Of a stretch of 64,000 bases of DNA, positions 1-12,186 are shown one piece after another. Position numbers and translations under genes: made by a program. The number at the start of each line of letters is the position of its first letter. Within the stretch, counting starts at the first letter, position 1. The DNA lies in assembly GCF_016432865.1 (NCBI RefSeq), contig NC_067401.1, forward strand, positions 238,452,001-238,516,000, written 5' to 3'. The stretch comes from Antechinus flavipes. Its lineage: Eukaryota. The notes beneath the pieces were generated by a model, which had not been told where the DNA came from, did no database searches, and saw only the letters and a program-made list of their open reading frames with translations.

Positions 1-25
1 TGTTTTCCTTTACATTGCTGTAGTC

Positions 26-81
<56 letters not shown>

Positions 82-560
82 TTTCCTCTTTTGCCCACTT
101 CATTCTGATTCTTCCCAGTTTTGCTGAAAATGTCCCCCTTTTTTGATTTCTTTTGAGTATAAGGCTAATAATGGTATTATTAGGCCAAAGGTTATGATCA
201 GTTTAGTAAATATTTAGGCATAATTGAAAATTAATTTTTAGCATGGCTATACCATATCACAATTCCACTACAGAATTGATATTCCTGATTTTCTTCAGGT
301 CCTCCAGCATTTGTCTTTCCCTTTTTGTCAGCTTTCCCAATGTGATAGGTATGAAGTAAAACTTCAGAGTTGCATTAATTTGCATTTCTCTAATAATGAT
401 TTGTAGCATTTTTTTCACGTGCCTATTGATAACTTATATTTTGTTGTTAGAAAACTGCTCTTCATATCCTTTAACCATACATAAATTGTTTCTAAATGTT
501 TATAAACATAACTCATATTTATTATTTATTCACTGTGAAAAAATTAAACATTATTATTAA
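1..560 (-). mobile_element. L1 LINE 3' region fragment (old), interrupted by (AC)n
   Basis: Contains the reverse-L1 string ttaatttgcatttctctaataatgatttgtagcatttttttcac, shared with the L1 copy ending near 3370. Confidence 0.7.
31..77. repeat. (AC)n microsatellite
   Basis: Uninterrupted AC run. Confidence 0.98.
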
Positions 561-789
561 AACAATATTGAGTACAGAGTTTTATTTTAGTTCCATTAAT
601 TATTGTTCTTTGTTTATCAGTGTTGATATTCTGTCCATGGTTGGTGTGCTTTGAATTATTGTTCTATTAGTAATGATAGATTTATAGTAAACTCAACACT
701 TTGATAACTGATGCCATTTAAAATAAATTTATTTTAATGTTTTAAATAAATTGAATTTGAGACACCTATGGGACATCCAGGCAAAGATG

Positions 790-980
790 TTATAGCAAAA
801 GTAGCTCACATTTATATAGTCCTTCAAAATGTGCTACTACACACATTTGATTTTTAGAACAATCTTATGAGTTAAGTGCTGTTGTTAAGTATGTTTTATA
901 AATGAGGAAACAAAAGGTTAGAGATGTTCAATGAATTGCCCAGGACACACAATTGATAACTGGATGAAGCAGAATTTGTT
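790..980 (-). mobile_element. MIR/CORE-SINE fragment
   Basis: ttttataaatgaggaaac...gaattgcccaggacacac is the degenerate reverse CORE-SINE core. Confidence 0.55.
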
Positions 981-1009
981 TTGCTCTATCCCATATCAAA
1001 AATTATCAA

Positions 1010-1170
1010 TCTTGGATCCATGAACTTTAAAAACTTTTTGGTAAATGTACTTCAATATAATTGGTTTCCTTTGTAATCATATGCTTTTCATTCTATGCAT
1101 TTGGAAACATTTTTCTGAGAAGGGATCCATAAACTTTATTAGATTGCCAAAAGAGTCCATGATATACAAA
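1010..1170. mobile_element. Non-autonomous hAT (Charlie/MER5-group-like) DNA transposon fragment
   Basis: caatataattggtttcctttgtaatc...ttctgagaagggatccata...gattgccaaaagagtccatga; similar copies at ~30075-30262 (opposite orientation) and ~38880-39078. Confidence 0.5.
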
Positions 1171-1914
1171 TTTGTTACAAATATTATACATAACAAATAT
1201 ATTTGTTGTATATAATCTATGATATGGGCACTTTTAAAACTTAAATATGAAATAATTAGTTTTATTTCCTCTGCCAGGAAATGGTATAGTTTCTTTTAAG
1301 TCAGGTAGTTTGTTGTTTTGGAATTTTAAAAGTTTTTTTGATAGTCTATCAATGATTCAGTTTATGTAAGTACATTTGGGCCACTGGAGTGCCTGTATTT
1401 TTATTAAATTATTTACTGCTTGTCAAGTATCAAAGTAAATGAAGCTTAGCTCAAGGAAGGAAATTGTGCATCTACTCAATGTGACTTGTAATCTCTGGAA
1501 CAAGAGACTCCAGGACTTGTACCATTGCTTTATTCTTCTGCACATCAGGTATCAACAACAACAGCCTGAGTCTCTGAGACTACTGCTTTAGTCACAAAAA
1601 GTGAACATCAGGAAGCCTTGGTTCTGAAGTAGGAATAGGAGTTACAGCCCACATAAGGTTTGTGGGATTGAGGTCATTATTTTATAAGAAAAGCTCTTGG
1701 GGTTTTGTTTAAATAAAAGGCCAGTTAACCCATGAAAATTCTTAGTGCCACAGTTCAGCATAATTGCTAAGAAACCATTTTAAATAAAAAAAGCTCACTA
1801 CCCTTCTCCCATCTTAGAAAAATTGATAACCAGATCTAGAATGAACCTCATATATCAGTATACTCTCCATGCTCTCTATACTGTAATTTTAGAACACATA
1901 AATATGGAAAACGT

Positions 1915-2110
1915 GTATTTTTTAAAGAGCTTTAAGTTTTTTCAAATTGCTTTATGTATATTATCTTATTTGATCTTAACAATAATCTTTTGAGATAGAT
2001 TCTGTTATCATCTTTTTGCAAAAGAGGAAACTGAGTCACAAACTAGTTAAATAATTCATTCAGGGTCATACAGCTAGATAGTATCTTAGGCTGGATGCCA
2101 ACTTAGGTCT
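1915..2110 (-). mobile_element. MIR/CORE-SINE
   Basis: gaggaaactgagtcaca...cagggtcatacagctag reverse core. Confidence 0.6.
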
Positions 2111-2254
2111 TCCTGATTTCAAAGTATTCAAAAGTCTTTCAAAAAGTCCATCTTAGAGAATGAATGGCAGAAACTTAAGCAAGTTGAATAAATATTAATC
2201 AACTAAAAATTCAACTTCAGTGCTTGAGCTAACTTTCACTAAAGTTGTCTTTTT

Positions 2255-3370
2255 CTTTTTTTTTTTTTACATAATAGTATTTTATTTTTTCCCAATTACA
2301 TGTAAAGATAATCATTTTTTAAAACTGAGGCAATTGAGGTTAAGTCACTTGCCCAAGGATCACACAGCTAGGAAGTGTTAAATTCTGAGACCAGATTTGA
2401 ACCCAGGTCCTCCTGATTTCAGGGCTGATGATCTATATACTGCACCACCTAGCTATCCCAAGATAGTTTTCAACATTCATTTTTTGTAAGATTTTGAGTT
2501 CCAAATTTTTCTCTTTTCCTTCCTTTCCTCTTTTCCCCAACACAGCAAGCAATATGATATAGATTATACATGTACAATCAAACATATTTCTACATTACTC
2601 ATGTGGTGCAAGAAGAATCAGAACAAAAAGAAAAAAAAACTATGAGGATGAAAAAACCCCAACAAAAAAGTGAAAATAGTATGCTTTGATTTGCATTCAG
2701 CTTCCATAGTTCTTTCTCTAGTTGGGGATAGAATTTTCCATCATGAGTCTTTTGGAATTGTCTTAGATCACTGTATTATTGAGAAGAACTAAGTCTATCA
2801 TAGTTGATAATTGTACAATTTTGTTAGCATGTACAAAATTTTCTTGGTTCTGCTCACTTCATTCACTCAGCATTAGTTCATGTTAAGTCTCTTCCAGGTT
2901 TTTCTGAAATCAGCCTACTTATCATTTTTTATTGAAGGATATCATTCCATTACATTCAAATATTACTTGTTCAGCCATTCCCCAATTAATGGGTGTCCCT
3001 TCAATTTCCAATTTTTTGCCACTGCAAAAAGAGCTGCTATAAATATTTTTGTACAATTCTTTTTGGGGATTCAGTACACTAGTACTATGGTATTGCTGGA
3101 TCAAAGGGTATGCACAGTTTGATTTCCTTTTGGGCATAGTTCTAAATTGCTCTCCAGAATGGTTGGATCAGTTCACAACTCCACAATGAATTAATGTTCC
3201 AATTTTCCAACATCTCCAATATTTGTCATCTTTCTTTTCTGTCATATTAGTTAATCTGATAGGTTGTGAGGTAGTACTTCAAAGTGTCTTTAATTTGCAT
3301 TCTCTAATCAATAATGATTTAGAACTTTTTTTTCATATGATTATAGATAGCTTTAATTTCTTCATTTAAA
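2255..3370 (-). mobile_element. L1 LINE 3' end (marsupial type) with nested WSINE1
   Basis: T-rich tail at left, then reverse L1 3'UTR/ORF2-end strings (ttcagccattccccaatt, gctgctataaatatttt, gggcatagttctaaattgctctccagaatggttggatc). Confidence 0.85.
2314..2459 (-). mobile_element. WSINE1-type tRNA/CORE SINE
   Basis: Reverse of ggg..agctaggtggtgcagt...tcaaatctgg...aagtgacttaacc.caattgcctca; flanking aagata(a/g)t duplication. Confidence 0.85.
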
Positions 3371-3499
3371 ATGAGATTGTATTTGGAAAGAGCTTAGCAT
3401 ATTGCTTGGCATATAATAGGTGCCTAATAAATATTTGTTTCCTTCCTCTGACTCCAAATTTAAAGCTCTTTCCACTTTACTACCTGGCCTAGGGATTTT

Positions 3500-4011
3500 T
3501 GCTATTTTTCAATCCCTAGGAAATTCTGGAGCTCCTTAGCCTGTTCTGACTAACAATTTGTAATCACCTCCTATAGCCAAGGTAAACTGGGAATCTCTGC
3601 TGTGGCCATCAGCTTCTAACTGCCCATGGTCCTTGATTGAAATAATTCCAAGGAGACTTCTGCAACTCCTTTCCTTCCTGTAAATTCAGCTATTCTGATG
3701 ACCTAAAGGTGACCCTGATTTGGGGCACAGTCAGAGGTCTGTCACTGTTGGCTAGGAGTGCTGAAAGCAATCCCGTGATTTTTCCAAGAATGTGATAGCT
3801 CCCTGCAATAAAAAACTTGTGAACTGCTATTCCATTTTTCTACCTCTGCCCCTTTTTGAGTATTTAATTGCTGTTTGTAACTTGTCACTGAACTTCCCTG
3901 CCTGTGTAAGACAGAGTACATTGTTCCAGATTACAATTCCTTGACCTTGAATAAATACATTACTTTTATTTATTGGTCACCTTGTTGATATGATTTTTAT
4001 GCATGCTTGAC
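3500..4011 (+). mobile_element. Possible old solo LTR
   Basis: Non-SINE/LINE block ending gaataaatac...tgcttgaca (AATAAA then terminal CA); family not recognised. Confidence 0.25.
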
Positions 4012-4461
4012 ATCTAAAGAAATTACAATTTATAAAGCACTTCTTTTTTGATAGGCAGGGCGGGCATTATGATTTCAGTTTTTCAGCTGAGGAAACAAGC
4101 TTGAAGAGCCACTCTATAAGTGACTGCCCAAAGGCACAAAGCTAGGAAGTGATAAGAGTAAAAATGAAAACCACAATTTTCTAACTTATATCCCTGGGCT
4201 TTTTTCACTATAATATGCTAAACATTTCTGAGATTCATTACAAATGAATCAGTTTTGCTATGAGTCAGTTACTAAAAGGGCTACTAAAAAAAATGAGGAG
4301 GAACACCAAATTGATTTTAATTGGAAAGAAAGCAATATGGCCAGAGGATAAAATTGTAACAAATTCAGTATGAGATCTGAATTGTAATCCTTTTATTGCC
4401 AATGACTTGAGAAAATCAAAGGAGAATTAAACACTTACCTGCTCCTACTTTAAAAGCAGCA

Positions 4462-4660
4462 GCAGGATGTAGTGGATAAAGGACTGGCTTGAGAATCAGG
4501 AAGACTTGGATTCAAATCCTGCCTTGACACAAACTAATTTTGGTTCCATAGGAAAGTCATTTCACATAACAGTGCCACACACAATTATGAATTTGAGTTA
4601 TAGATGAGTTGTTGATTTATATTAGTGAAGGAAATTGCTCCCCCTGATAAATGTTAGGGC
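4462..4660 (+). mobile_element. MdoRep1-like SINE
   Basis: CORE head (tagtggataaaggactggc...tcaggaagacttggattcaaatcc) plus tail gttgatttatattagtgaaggaaattgctc resembling the MdoRep1 3' part. Confidence 0.55.
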
Positions 4661-4719
4661 TAAAACAAAACAAAATCTCATAGAGAAGATTAAATTTGAA
4701 AAAGTATGAATTTTGTAGC

Positions 4720-5130
4720 AGTTTTCTTTATATTGGCAAACAGCTAGAAATTTCTCTAGGGCTGGGGGGAGGTTTTAAAAAAAGCCAACAGAGGCAAGAA
4801 AACAATATTCATAGTATCTACAAAAATGTAAATGGAAAGAACAATTTCAAAAAATGAACAACCAAAGGACTCAAATGAGATATGAGAGGATACTGCAACC
4901 CATTCCTTCATAGAAATGGAAGGTCCAGTGGTATTACACATCGTGTATATTTTTGGACTTTTCCAGTACATTAATTATCCTAGTTTTTTTGTTTTGCTCT
5001 TTAAAGAAATCCTTTTTCTTATATAGGATTACTGTCTGGGAGGGAAAGAGGAAGAGTTCATGGGATAATTATGATGATGTAAGAAATAAAAGATATCAAT
5101 AAAAACATGTTGAAAATGAAAAAAAAAAGA
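4720..5130 (+). mobile_element. Old L1 3' end fragment
   Basis: gtagcagttttctttatattggcaaac... to gggagggaaagagg...aaagatatcaataaaaac followed by an A-rich tail. Confidence 0.5.
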
Positions 5131-6082
5131 GAAAAGAAAAAGGATGAAATGTATTTTATAAATGAAAAGTACTAGATAATTGTGTGGGATATTGCCAAAT
5201 TCCAAAGTTACTTTATGGTAGATTCATTACAATGGCATAACTGTTTTGACTTAAGTTATTGGAATTGATGTGAAATAAACAAGCCCATTTCATAATTGTT
5301 CATCAGATTAAAGCTATGAAGCTAATTGAAGTGTTCTTAATATGGTTTAATTATTCCTTTTGCCCATTATTTCTGCTATATCATTTTATAAGTTCCATAT
5401 CATTTCAGAAAATTTAAGTTGAGAGTATATTAAGTTACTTGGTATAACTTTTAATAAAATCCAATAAGATTTAATTTTTCAACAAAGTAATTAACTACCT
5501 TCCTATCTTGCCCACTGAAGATGAGATATTGTATAATTCTCAAATAATGTAATTAATATTTTATTCGACGGGTCTATATTGTCCCTCTTGTCTAGGAAAA
5601 GCAATATTGCTTTATTAAATATGCCATTTATTATATCACATTTATCTTAATCACATTTCACTTTATTCCATTTGTTTACTGTATTGCTTTTCAGCTCCAC
5701 AGTCTGCTCACTCTCCTGTACATAAATTGAAAATTTTATGAAAGGTAGTTTTCTCCTATTAAATGCAAAAGCTTTCTATACTATAGAATTACAACAGCAC
5801 AGTTAGTCACACCTAAATTAGGAAATGAAAATGTCGATGTCCTTTTACTAACATTAATTTAGAAAAAAAAAGAACTGCTAAAAAAACGCATTAATTTAGG
5901 AACATCATGACAATTTCTAACTTAGATTTAACAGTCTACCAACCCAGAACAATGGGAAAATGCAATGTGGATGACTTAATACTGCTAAAAAGCTCAATAA
6001 ATTTAAATGTTTGGATCACTGAACCTTTTATGACCTATTATGTGAAAAAATTGAGGGAACTGAGGGTATTAGAGCAGTAAGT

Positions 6083-6620
6083 TGTAGGGGGAATTGAGTG
6101 AACCACGCTGACTCCATCTTGTGACTCAATCCTGAATCTAATTCAGTTCCCTTTCTATTCAATTATGGGTCTAGTCCAATTTCTGTCTTGTGAGAAAACT
6201 TTATTCAATTGTGGGAATTAGGAGAAACTTTGTTGCATTGTTTGAACCTGCATGGCTGGGAAGCTGGACCACCTCTAACTGTTGCTTAGAGACCCTTCAC
6301 TAAGAACCTAGGTTATACTGACCAGAAATTCAGTCAGATCTGAGAATTGACACAGAATTTTCTCACAATTTTACATTTCAAGCAACCATATAATTTATCT
6401 GAAAACTGGCCCCATATTGATTAATTATTGTTTCCTTGTTCCTTGATTGTGCACAGACACATATTTATACACATACACACATACATGCGTGTTTTGTTTC
6501 CCCTGATATGTATGATTTCATTTTTGTGTTTGTGTTTGTACTCCCATTTCCTATAGCCTGAAATACGGTGGGAATTTCTATATAAAACCTTTCCTGATCA
6601 TCCCAACTGCTATTGCCTCC
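6083..6620 (+). mobile_element. LTR-like sequence (ERV solo-LTR candidate, 3' end unclear)
   Basis: Starts TGT, has gactccatcttgtgac (typical of ERV1 LTR 5' parts) and tatataaaacc near 6580; no clear terminal CA. Confidence 0.35.
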
Positions 6621-7126
6621 CATTCTTAACAATCCTGTATCCATCTATCCATCCATCCATCCATCCATCTATTTATCTTTTAATCTGTCTTTCTATCTAT
6701 CAATCTGTCTGTTTATGTTGGTTCTATGTTTGTACATATATTTGTTGTCTCCCTCATTAGAATGTAAGCTCCTTGAAAATAAGAATTGTTTTATTCTTAG
6801 TATTTTATATCCTCAGTAAATTGCCCTCAGTATTGGGCAATAAAATAATATTGCTGTCACCTTATACAATTACAACAATCACATTTTTTTTAGTAGCCCT
6901 TTTAGTAACTGACTTATAGCAAAACTGATTCATTTGTAATGAATCTCAGAAATGTTTAGCATATTATAGTGAAAAAAGCCCAGGGATAGAAATTAGAAAA
7001 TTGTGGTTTTCATTTTTACTCTTATCACTTCCTAGCTTTGTGCCTTTGGGCAATCACTTATAGAGTGGCTCTTCAAGCTTGTTTCCTCAGCTGAAACTCT
7101 AGAGAGGTCTGCCATTAGACACTTAC

Positions 7127-7183
<57 letters not shown>

Positions 7184-7192
7184 TGTATGTGT
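7127..7192. repeat. (TA)n(TG)n microsatellite
   Basis: Direct reading. Confidence 0.95.
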
Positions 7193-7410
7193 ATAATTAT
7201 TCTATATATATTTCTATTTATCAGTTCTTTCTTTGGATACAGATAACTTTTTCTTCATAAGTCCTTTGTAGTGAATTTGGGTATTAATAATAGACAAAAG
7301 AATTCAATTTGCTCAAATTCATTCTTAAAATAATATTGCTGTCACCATATACAATTACAACAGTAGATGTTTAATAAATACTTGTTTATTATTTGACAAA
7401 TGCTTGCTGA

Positions 7411-7562
7411 TTTTTTTTTTTTTTTTTTTGCTGAGACAATTGGGGTTACATGACTTGCCCAGGGTCACACAGCCAAGAAATGTTAAGTGTCTGGGACCAG
7501 ATTTGAACTCAAGTCCTCCTGATTTCAGGGCTGGTGCTTTATTTATTACACCAACTAGCTGC
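7411..7562 (-). mobile_element. WSINE1-type SINE
   Basis: Poly-T, then caattggggttacatgacttgcccagggtcacacagc...ctagctgcc; inserted in an L2 tail. Confidence 0.85.
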
Positions 7563-8059
7563 CTGTTGATTGATTTTTTAAAAAAGATTTCCTTAGGGTA
7601 GGAGCTTCATATTGATAGGAGTGATGTCACAAAATTTCTTAAACATGTTCTATAATATAGGTATCAAAGTGGTAGTTCTCAGGTGTAAGTTAAAGTCTTA
7701 TGATTGTGGTAGTTTACGTTATATATATGCTTATTTTGTCTTTAGGGCTTCCCCTAATTTTTCAATGATTATAAATGTCTTATTCAATATTATATGATAA
7801 TTTGGAATTCCCATGTTGGGTGGCAGTGACAATCTCCTTTCCTTACACTGTTCCTATTTCTTTGTTCTATTAAATCTATTCTTTAATCTCTTTGGTGTTC
7901 CCAGGCATTTGGCTGCTTCCAACCCTCTCCCATCCTCCTACTCCCCATCCCCTTTCATTACTCCCATGCTGGCTTCAATTCCCTCACTTCCTTGTCTAAG
8001 ACAAGAGAAACATAGCTTTCAAAATTGAGCAGAGGAGGATTTCTCTGTATATTGCTCTG

Positions 8060-8250
8060 TATAGGCCACGTTTGTTGCTTTTTCTTAAATTTTGGATGCA
8101 AATGTATCAGAAGGTAATTAATTGATTGGAGTATGTCCAAACCAGGGCAACCTGACCTTGAGTTCATGTCAAATAAAGATTGGTTGAAGGAATTGGGATT
8201 GTTCAACTTAGAGAAGAAAAGATAGAGGGATAAATATGTTGTTGTTGAAC
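8060..8250 (+). mobile_element. L3/CR1 LINE fragment
   Basis: ggttgaaggaattgggattgttcaacttagagaagaaaagat resembles the CR1/L3 ORF2 3' region. Confidence 0.55.
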
Positions 8251-8349
8251 CCTTTAGTTATATACTGTAACACTCCAGTCCTTTCTATCTTCTATATCTC
8301 TAGAAGTTTGTCCATGATACTATCTATCTATCTCATATTTTCATCTCCT

Positions 8350-8720
8350 TTTACTTTTGCCTTCAATCTTTCTTAGCATTGGGGTCTTTTCCTAATTTTT
8401 CCTCATTATAACTTGATTTTTGAATTCCTTTTTATTTTCTTTCTTATGATTTTATATTTCTTTTCTAATTGTTTTTTTAATTTCACAGTTTTCTTGAATT
8501 GCTTTTTAAAAATTGTTCCTTATTTTCTTTTATTATTTCTAAATTCCTTTTAAAGTTATTACAAGATTTCTTTTTGGACTTATGATCATTTAATGTTACT
8601 CTGTAGAGTAGGAATGACTTTTTTTTAAAAAAACCTATCTTCCTTTGAATATGAACTCAAATATTCTTTTATACCAACACAAGTATCCATATTTGTGTTC
8701 TTTTTCCTTTGCTTACTCAT
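8350..8720 (-). mobile_element. L1 ORF1 N-terminal remnant
   Basis: Reverse strand reads aaaATGAGTAAGCAAAGG (MSKQR...) followed by A-rich coding-like sequence, typical of marsupial L1 ORF1 starts. Confidence 0.45.
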
Positions 8721-9149
8721 TTTTATTTTTTATTTGTCTTATTTTGTTTTTAGCAGCTTAATGTTATTATACTCAAGTTTTGAGAGTCCCCATCCACTTC
8801 TAACAACCAGGGATTCCTTGACTCCCTGGTTAGTTTCTCATTTCCTTGACTGATGGTTTTGACCGCATAATCCCCAAGCCTCTTTTAGCCTTTCTTTCCA
8901 TTTTTGTCTATAGCTCTATCCTAGATTGAAATCTCCTCAGCACATCAATTTCCCAGATTTGCCCCAAATCATTAACTTCTCCAGCAGCTTCTTTTACATG
9001 TGCTTTCTCTGCCTCTGTTACTAGATTCTCCAGTACAAGTGGAGAAAATTGGAGAATTTTGCTGATGGAGTCCATTACAAATTTCTGATTTGTTATGTCA
9101 GTGAGACTTTTGTTACTATCTAGTAATCCTTTTATTCATCTTTTATCAA

Positions 9150-9662
9150 TTCCTTTTCTTTTTAAAATTTTTTTTTACTTTGTTACTCTTCACATGCACA
9201 TTATTTTTTAAAATTATTATTTATTTTTTATTATTATAGCTTTTTATTTACAAAACATATGCATGGGTAATTTTTCAACATTGATCCTTGCAAAATCTTC
9301 TGTTCCAAATTTTCCCGTCCTTCTCCCCACCCCCTCTCCTAGATGGCAGATAGTCCAATACATGTTAAATATGTTAAAATATGTTAAATCCAATATATGT
9401 ATACATATTTATACAGTTATCTTGTTGTACAAGGAAAAAATGGATCTAAAAAGAAAGAAAAAAACCTGAGAAGGAAAACAAAAAATACAAACAAACAATA
9501 ACAGAAAGAATGAAAATGCTATGTTGTGATTCACAGTCATTTGTCATAGTCCTCTCTTGGTATAGATGACTCTCTTCATTACTGAACAATTGGAACTGGT
9601 TTGAATCATCTCACTGTTGAAGAGAGCCACGTCCATCACAATTGACCATCATATAGTCTTGT
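9150..9662 (-). mobile_element. L1 3' end
   Basis: catatgcatgggtaatttttcaacattgatccttgcaaa...cctctcctagatggcagatagtcc... Confidence 0.85.
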
Positions 9663-9829
9663 TTATTAATTCCTTTTCTTATTCTCCAATACCAAAGCTT
9701 TATCCATTTTCTTCCAATATCTCATACTAACTTTGTTTCTTTCTTTCTCTCACCTGCTCACTTCACCTCTTGATTTCTTAAGAGATTGAGACCATTAGAT
9801 TTGATTATCTTCTAATAAATCCAACCATT

Positions 9830-10590
9830 CTGGAGAGAAATTTGGAACTATGCCCAAAAGGCTATAAAACTATGCATACCCTTTGATCCAACTGGGTCCC
9901 AAAGAGATTATAAAGGAGGGGAAAGGACCACAATTACAAAATGTTTGTAGTAGCCCTGTTTGTAGTGGCAAGGAAATTGAGTGGATTACTAGAAGTTGGG
10001 GAATGGCTGAATAAGTTAAGGATAAGAATATAATAGAATATTATTGTTGTATAAAAAATGATGAGTAAGTTGATTTTAGAAAAGCCTGGAAAGGCATGAA
10101 CTAATGCTAAGTGAAGTGAGCAGAACAAGAAAATATTGTACACAGCATCAACAAGATTAAGTGATGATCAACTGTGATGGATTTGATTCTTTTCAACAAT
10201 GAGGTGATTGATTCAAGGCAGTTCCAATACACTTGTGCTGGAAAGTACCATCCACATTCAGAGAGAGAACCAAGGAGTCTGCTTATGCATCAAAACATAG
10301 TGTTTTTACCTTTTTTACTTTTTTTTTTTTTGGTTGTTGTTTGTTTGTTGCATTTTTTCTTGTGATTTTTTTATTTTTAATCTGATTTTTCTTGCACAGC
10401 ATGAAAAATATGGAAATTTATTTAGGAGAATTGCACATGTTTAACCTATATCAGATTGCTTGTTGTCTAAGGGAGGGAGGAAGGGCAGGAGAGAGAGAGA
10501 GAGAAAAATTTGGAACACAAGGTTTTGCAAAGGTGAATGTTTAAAGTTATCTTTGCATCTATTTGGTAAAACAAAATACTATTTAAAAAT
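9830..10590 (+). mobile_element. L1 3' end
   Basis: ccaaccattctggagagaaatttggaactatgccc...aatttggaacacaaggttttgcaaagg and an A-rich end. Confidence 0.85.
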
Positions 10591-11299
10591 ATTTGCATGT
10601 CCTCAACTTTCTTCCAACCTATAAAACTTTTCCTTATTTTCACTTATTTTTTCCTCTTTCCTTCCAATTTCAGTGGAAAAGATGGCTAATTCTTCCATTT
10701 CTGCCCTTAATCCTATTCCCGTTCCTGTTCCCATCTAGGAACCAACTCCAATGATCATCCCTCTACTGAATTATAAACTCTCAAATGACATGGTCATGAC
10801 AGAATATATGACATTTCATGCCTGTGATTCTCTTCTTTTCCAACAAAAGGAAAGTGATGTATTTCTTAATCTCTTAAATAGTATTTGGCTTCATTTGAGT
10901 GGTTCCCCCCCACCCCCATTTTAAACTTTGCCAATTCACAGATCCATCAACAATCTTAACTAGTGAAAGTCTCTCTTCTCTTGGCTAGCAAACATGTCAT
11001 ATAATTGTAGAAGATCCACCTTCCTTCTTTTAATCCATTTATTCTGATGTTTTGCTCCAGTCTCCCTATTTTCAAAATAGGTTATGAATTCCTGCCCTAA
11101 AATGGGTTTTGTGAGACTAGATGGCACTGATTAGTCAGCACTATCACCTTGGTTTTTTTTTTTTTTTGATTGTTGTTCCCAGATAGATATTATTACTTGC
11201 CAGGAAGAGATGTCGTAAGATGGGTATAAATGTGGGAATCAGAATATCTGAGCTTTAATGTGTAATTTTGGGTAAATCAGGTAACCTCTCTGAACCTCA

Positions 11300-11510
11300 T
11301 TAGTATAGCACAATGTGCCAGGCACTGTGCTATGTACCTTATCATTTATTATCTCATTTTGGCCCCACAACCACGTGATAGAGGTATGTGATATTATTAG
11401 TCCCATTTTTTAGATAAGGAAACTGTGGGAAACAGAGGTTAAGTACTTGCCTAGGGTCACACAGTTAGTATCTGAGACAGAATTTGAACTCAGGTCTTCT
11501 TTGACTCCAT
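11300..11510 (-). mobile_element. MIR/CORE-SINE
   Basis: gataaggaaactg...aggttaagtacttgcctagggtcacacag...gaatttgaactcaggtctt. Confidence 0.65.
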
Positions 11511-12061
11511 TCTAGCCAAAGAGCTCCTTCCTTATAATTCGAGTGTCCTCTGCCTATAATCCTGAAAGCTGTTGCAATGATGTTCTTTCACTAGCTAATC
11601 CTTATAAGGATCCCATAACATCAGACTGGTAGGATCCTATTTCCTCTGACAGAGGCAGGTTCAAGAGAATAGACTCAGGAGATAACATCAAAGATGCAAT
11701 GGTTACTGACCTTGTGGCAAGCATTTTTACTGCCAGTATATTTTGTTCTGGGGATTTTAAGCTGCTTACAGTATATAATCTTTTCTATAGCTAGGTGGGC
11801 ACAGTGGGTACAGTGCTGAACTTGGTATCAACAAGATCCAGGTGTGAATCCTGCCTCAGATACTTTATTAGCCCTGGGCAAAATCATAATCTCTCTCAGT
11901 CTCTATAAAATAGGTAAAATAATAGCATCCACGTTGAAAGTATTGTGAGGGCCAAATACAAATTCCTTTTAAGGCTGTTGTAAAACATGAAATGTTAGAG
12001 CATGAAATAAATCCTAGGCATTATTACTACTATAGTCCAAAGCATAATTCTTCCTCCTCAG

Positions 12062-12186
12062 GCAATATAACAGAAAATTGGATATCCTGGGAGAGCTATG
12101 AGGGGAATCATCCTCCCAGGATTACCCTGCCATGTCACAAAGAAGGCCCACTGGTTCTCCTACCTTCCCATCTGCCCACACATCCA
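12062..12186 (+). other. Candidate internal exon (125 nt; coding status unknown)
   Basis: Acceptor ataattcttcctcctcag|G and donor CCA|gtaagt in unique sequence; fully open only in phase 1->0. Confidence 0.3.

Noticed and set aside
1183-1216. AT-rich palindrome around acaaatatatttgt
   Set aside because: Short, low complexity and imperfect; expected by chance at this AT content.
9150-10590. Opposed L1 copies as a single twin-primed insertion
   Set aside because: Both copies cover overlapping 3'UTR sequence and are separated by L2-like DNA, so they are independent insertions.
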